NCBI RefSeq assembly: GCF_009914755.1
Contig: NC_060943.1
Source: the human T2T-CHM13v2.0 reference genome, Homo sapiens
Reading direction: 5' to 3' (one strand)
DNA: 64,000 nucleotides
A model generated the notes under the pieces. That model was not told the DNA's origin and searched no databases. It saw nothing but the letters and a program-made list of their open reading frames with translations. Position 1 is the first letter of the stretch. The number at the start of each line of letters is the position of its first letter. Positions 58,012-64,000 of the stretch are shown piece after piece. The position numbers and the translations under genes were made by a program.

Positions 58012-58415
58012 CACAAAACATGGTCTATTCGTACAATGGAATATTACTCAGTCTTATAAAGGAAGGAGATTCTGACACATATGCTACCACACGGATGAAC
58101 CTTGAGGACATCAGGCTAAGCGAAATAAGCTGGTCATGAAAAGGCACATACTGTATGATTCTACTTATATGAGGTACCTAAAGTAGTCAAATCCATATAG
58201 ACATAAAGTAGAAGAGCGGTTTCCAGGGCCTGGGGGGAAGGAGAGTGGCGAGGTAGTGTTTAATGTGGATGGAGTTTCAGTTTGGGAAGATGAATAAAGT
58301 TCCGGAGATGGATGTTGGTGATGGTTGCACCACATTGCGAATGTGATGCTACTAATGGTACACTTAAAAATGGTTAAAAAGGTAAATTTTATATTATATA
58401 TGTTTTACCACAGTA
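58012..58415 (+). mobile_element. Old L1M 3'UTR fragment
   Basis: acaatggaatattactcag...ggatgaaccttgaggacat...gctaagcgaaataagc...gtacacttaaaaatggttaaaa. Confidence 0.8.
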
Positions 58416-58522
58416 AACATTTTCCATTACAGGGTATATAATTGTTGTAGAAAATTTATGGCCAGGTGTGGTGGCTCACACCTGTAATCCCACCACTTTG
58501 AGAGGCCGAGGCGGGTGGATCA

Positions 58523-58897
<375 letters not shown>

Positions 58898-59357
58898 TCA
58901 GAAGCAGACCCTGCAACAAGGGTTGAAGTGTAAGGAGTTTATTTGAGGGGTGATCCCAAGAAGCACCAGTAGGGCAATGAGGAAGCAGGACAGGGAAGAG
59001 AAGGCAGCTGGTAAAGAATGCATAATTAAGGTTATTTCCACTGTGGGAATCTGGGGCTCAGCCCCATTCAGGAGCTCTGGGGTAGAGCATGGAACTACCT
59101 TAGAGTCAACTTGCCTGAAGGAGGAGGGAGCTGGGGTATTTATCCACCAGCTCCCATCAGTCATGGGTTGATGGCCGGTCTCAAGGGCCATTACTCTTTG
59201 GCATCACCAGTTTGCCCTATGCATGGGCCAGGCGTGTCCTGTGGGCAGTACGAAGCCTTCAGGCACAGTCATGGGTGTTTGCAACAAGCAACTCCAGGCA
59301 TGTAGAGACAGAAGCCAAAGGGATATGAGAGGGCCGTGGACAGCATCTGCCACACCG

Positions 59358-59575
59358 TGATATCCTAACCTTGGCACTGTTGACATCTTGGGTTGGATCA
59401 TGTTTTGCTGGAGAGGGCTGTCCTGTGTGCATTGTTTAGGATATTTAGCGGTATCCCTGACCTCCACCAACTAGATGCCAGTAGAAACCCCCACCCCAGT
59501 AATGACAAGCATTTCCCCAGACATTGCTAACTGTCCCGTGGTGGGAACACAATTGCTCCTGGTAAGAACCATTCT
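59358..59575. mobile_element. MER20 DNA transposon
   Basis: aaccttggcactgttgacatcttggg...ctgtcctgtgtgcattgt...cagacattgc...aagaacca matches the recalled MER20 consensus. Confidence 0.75.
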
Positions 59576-59849
59576 GATATGCCATAAACACCCATACCTA
59601 CATATAAATAAATACATAACAATAACACAAACAATGAGTGCTTATACTCGTTATATAAACAAAATGAAACCCTCTGGGGTAGTTTCTTTTGTTTTTTTTT
59701 GAGACGGAGTCTCGCTCTGTTGCTCAGGCTGGAATGCAATGGTGTGATCTCAGCTCACTGCAACCTCTGCCTGCCAGGTTAAAGTGATTCTCTAGCCTCA
59801 GCCTCCCTAGTAGCTGGGATTACAGGCAGGTGCCACCACTCTCGGCTAA

Positions 59850-60023
<174 letters not shown>

Positions 60024-60326
60024 TGAGCACCCCTTAGTAAGGGATCTTCTTGGAGGACACAGACTACTGTTCAGTTGCAGACAAATAAAGTGTTTTGAAT
60101 TTAGTAGCCATATGAAATAAAACTATATATATCTTTAAAAACTGGATGCTAGGCCAGGCACGATGGCTCACGCCTGTAATCCCAGCACTTTGGGAGGCTG
60201 AGGCGGGCAGATCACCTGAGGTCGGGAGTTCGAGACCAGCCTGACCAACATGGAGAAACCCTGTCTCTATTAAAAACACAAAATTAGCTGGGTGTGGAGG
60301 CGTGCACCTGTAATCCCAGCTACTCA

Positions 60327-60431
<105 letters not shown>

Positions 60432-60575
60432 TCAAACAAAAAACAAAAAACAAAACAACAAAAAAACGAATAACAAAAACTGGATGCTATGATATGCCTC
60501 ACAAACTGAGATAAACTAAGGGAAGAGTACATATAAGTGTTTTGCGTATGCTCATGTGAAACCCCATCTCTACTA

Positions 60576-60875
<300 letters not shown>

Positions 60876-62273
60876 TTATGGGCATGAGTCACTGTGCCTG
60901 GCCCCAGTTTCTCTTTAACGAGGCAGTTAACCTGCAGTACAGTGAAGTTCAAGACCTCATCATGCCCACTGCTGTTCCATGGTTTGAGATGTGAGTTGCA
61001 AAAACTGCAATAGCAGACTGGGATGGATCTATGAGTTTGCCCCTGAAGACAGCCAGTGTTACAAGGAAGGCTGTGTGATCCTGGAATGTGACCTAGTTTG
61101 GGACAGTGACGGCTTTGAGGGGCAGATATCATCTGATATGTCTTGAAGAAAAAGAGATAAATCAGTCCAGCATGGTGGCTTACACCTGTAATCCCGGCAC
61201 TATATAATTGGTATTGACTGGAAGCTTCTTCTTTTTCTCTTTTTTTTTTGAGAGGGAGTCTTGCTCTGTTGCCCAGGCTGGAGTGCAGTGGTGCGATCTC
61301 GGCTCACTGCAGCCTCTGCCTCCTGGGTTCAAGTGATTATCCTGCCTAGCCTCCCGAGCAGCTGGGATTACAGGCGCCTCCATCATACCCGGGTAATTGT
61401 TTTGTAGTTTTTAGTAGAGATGGGGTTTTGCCATGTTCGTCAGGCTGGTCTCAAACTCCTGAGCACAAGTGATCCCCCTGTGCTGGCCTCCCAAAGTGCT
61501 GGGATTACAGGCGTGAGCCACCGCACCCTGCCGATTGGAAACTTTTTCTGAAATAGGGCAGAACTGCTTGGGTGTTTTTTTCCATGTAACTTAAGGTAGT
61601 AATGTAAATAAAATAGTAGTTGGAAAAAAAATAATTCATGTGAAGTGGTGTGTTAGCTGCATTGTTGATCTCCACGATTCACTCCTTTGTAGTTGTATTA
61701 CACTCTGTCTTAGTCTCTTGGTGGGTTGAGTGTTCTTTTCCCATTGACTTTGGGCTTGGGTGTGTGACTTTCTTTGGCTAATGGGATATTAGTAGAGGAA
61801 GAATCACAGGCTTGAGTGACCTTGCCCAGTAGGGTCTGCCTCTTTGTGATTTCAGCATTGTTAGGAGAAGAATATTTGCTGGGGAGTTGCTCCCCCTCCT
61901 GCTTAAGCCTCAGGATGAGTCACAAGGAGCAGGCCTAAACCTGATCTGCATCCTGGAGCAAAGGCAAGCTGAGCTCAGCTAAGATCAGGTGAACCCCAAT
62001 AGACCTGTAGACCCCAGAATAAGAAAAGCAAATATTTGTGTTTAAACCAATGAGATTTTTTGAGGTTGTTTGTTACACAGCATTAGCTGACTATTACGAG
62101 TGGGAAAACTGAGAAAAAGGCATGATTTTTTTTTGACATAGCAATTATTTATATTCTGAAATGTGTTAATAAATGATGTATCTTAACAACTAGTAGCATT
62201 TTTAAAGTAGAGAAAATAGAGAGAGTGTTTACAGGTGGATTATAATCTCATGTGGAACATTTAGAGAATGTCA

Positions 62274-62531
<258 letters not shown>

Positions 62532-62666
62532 TCAGAGATTAGGATGTCAAAAAACTAATAATAAGCATGAACACCCCTCTAGTTAGCTGTTAATAGTAAG
62601 AACTCTGGAGCTAGACTACCTGAGTTTAAATGGAAGCCAGCACTGGCTACCTGTGTGATCTTGTGA

Positions 62667-63082
<416 letters not shown>

Positions 63083-64000
63083 TAATGGGAAAGTATTTAG
63101 GACAATGTATGGGACAAAGTTAGTACCAGACATGCATAAGGCATTTGAAAACCTGGGTGCTTTCTCTCTCACTCTTATCATTTATAGACAGGGGTCATAT
63201 AATTTTTTTTGTTGAGACGGAGTCTCGCTCTGTGGCCCAGGCTGGAGTGCAGTGGTGTGATCTCAGCTCATGGGTTCAAGCGATTCTCCAGCCTCAGCCT
63301 CCCGAGTAGCTGGGATTACAGGCACGTCACCACACCCAGCTAATCTTTGTATTTTTAGTAGAGACGGGGTTTCACCATGTTGGCCAGGCTGGTCTCGAAC
63401 GACTGACCTCAAATAATCCACCTGCCTTGGCCTCCCAAAGTGTTGGGATTACAGGTGTGAGCCACCCCACCCGGCCGGGGTCATATAATTTGTTATTCAA
63501 ACAGGAAGGCTTTTGTGATCAAAAGGAGGTGTACTGTTCCTAACAGAAAGAAATGATAAATGTTTGAGGTGATGAGTACCTTAAATACCCTGATTTGATC
63601 ATTGCACATTTTATGCATGAATCAAAATATCACAAATACTTTGTAAATGTATATAAATATTATATATCAATAAGAATAAAAATAATAAAAAATGAAAGGG
63701 ATACTATTAATAATTACATTGTGTCGACAGACATAAACTGAGACTGTTCCAGGTAAGCTGAGATATGAAGCCATCCTATTTATAGTATTTATGGCATATA
63801 TACACACACAATATATATATGTACATATATATTTTATATACACTATCACAACATATAATCACAATATATAGTGATAGTGTATATAAAAATATACATTGTG
63901 TTATATATGTATAGAATATATTATATGTGTATGTATATGTGTGTACATACACATATAATATCTATATTACATGCATATATACATTATATATATCCCTAAT

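Overview
Human (primate) genomic DNA, extremely Alu-dense, recognisable as the chr19p13 NDUFB7-CLEC17A-ADGRE3 (EMR3) interval. It holds NDUFB7 exon 1 and its CpG-island promoter (- strand). It also holds the complete CLEC17A (prolectin) gene (+ strand; 14 coding exons that I splice by hand to 1137 nt = 378 aa + stop) and the last three coding exons of ADGRE3 (- strand, convergent with CLEC17A). The most unusual structure is at the 5' end of CLEC17A. The three identical 78-nt EEEEEDDDYENSTPPYKDLPPKP exons are not simple exon duplications: each sits in a tandem cassette that also carries a copy of the promoter and an intact ATG-bearing 43-nt 'exon 1' with a good donor. Only cassette 1 keeps a perfect octamer ATTTGCAT. 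Cassettes 1 and 2 also carry a 7SL pseudogene, an in-frame cryptic acceptor and a sense MLT1F LTR poly(A) signal. Identity between copies is patchy, consistent with unequal crossover plus gene conversion. Other points: a GC-AG donor before the exon encoding the EPN/WND sugar-binding site, a ~1.7-kb (GAT/GGT) VNTR with higher-order structure in intron 8, and an octamer cluster in an upstream LTR. Almost all ORFs in the supplied track are Alu or simple-repeat artefacts. Repeat family names and gene identities come from recalled consensus and protein sequences, not from database searches.
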